This document shows positions 63,989-64,000 of a DNA stretch of 64,000 nt, in pieces (position 1 is the first letter of the stretch; each line of letters starts with the position of its first letter). Below the pieces are notes generated by a model. It was given only the letters and a program-made list of their open reading frames with translations, was not told the origin of the DNA and ran no database searches. The translations under genes and the position numbers were made by a program. Source of the stretch: Acidobacteriota bacterium (lineage in GTDB: Bacteria > Acidobacteriota > Vicinamibacteria > Vicinamibacterales > JAKQTR01); the NCBI GenBank assembly GCA_029562975.1, contig JAKQTR010000051.1, positions 330 to 64,329 of the forward strand, written 5' to 3'.

Positions 63989-64000
63989 CACCGGAGTTTG

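Overview
This is a very GC-rich, gene-dense bacterial chromosomal segment. Third codon positions are almost always G/C; composition was not computed. I call 57 protein-coding genes. I found no rRNA, tRNA, CRISPR array, transposase or integrase. Many long ORFs in the supplied track are antisense or out-of-frame artefacts of the GC bias. Several real genes are 3' portions of longer artefactual ORFs, so I re-picked their starts by hand.

Gene content, left to right:
- Purine and translation housekeeping: purB (partial), an M16 peptidase, rlmN, an mtaB-like gene, purE, purD, rpsU.
- A glycan locus with a DPPR-synthase-like UbiA prenyltransferase and five GT4 glycosyltransferases in a paralog pattern A-B-B-B-A.
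- A small four-helix-bundle (23S rRNA IVS protein family) gene.
- A minus-strand unit of secreted protein, outer-membrane barrel, PDZ-containing histidine kinase and sigma-54 response regulator.
- Orphan ABC ATPases.
- A ~17 kb minus-strand T2SS / MSHA-pilus-like cluster. It holds a secretin, an ExeA/MshM-like ATPase, a TPR protein, five GspG-like pseudopilins, a PilM-N fusion, PilO-like and PilP-like proteins, a PilR-like sigma-54 activator, GspE and GspF.
- A gldAFG-like ABC-2 system, an AbiEii-like nucleotidyltransferase pair and an inositol-1-phosphate synthase.
- Envelope and metal genes (ZIP, BON, Spy/CpxP-like), then polA and pcnB.
- An ornithine/carbamoyl-phosphate cluster: argF, arcC, a pyrB-like gene and rocD.

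Most notable observations:
1. A PEP-CTERM-anchored protein embedded among the pseudopilin genes carries both signature motifs of Cys-Gln thioester (TED/TQXA) adhesins.
2. Four near-identical sigma-54 promoters (GG-N10-GC, three of them GGCACG-N4-TTGCT) precede the pseudopilin, TED and kinase genes.
3. Single genes or small modules are repeatedly bracketed by inverted copies of locus-specific short tandem-repeat arrays. Examples are the four-helix-bundle gene, mtaB, ino1, the AbiEii pair and polA. This recalls the stem architecture of rRNA intervening sequences.
4. A GGGGTCAGATC palindromic element family is present.

All functional calls come from reading the translated ORFs by eye. No database search was possible.
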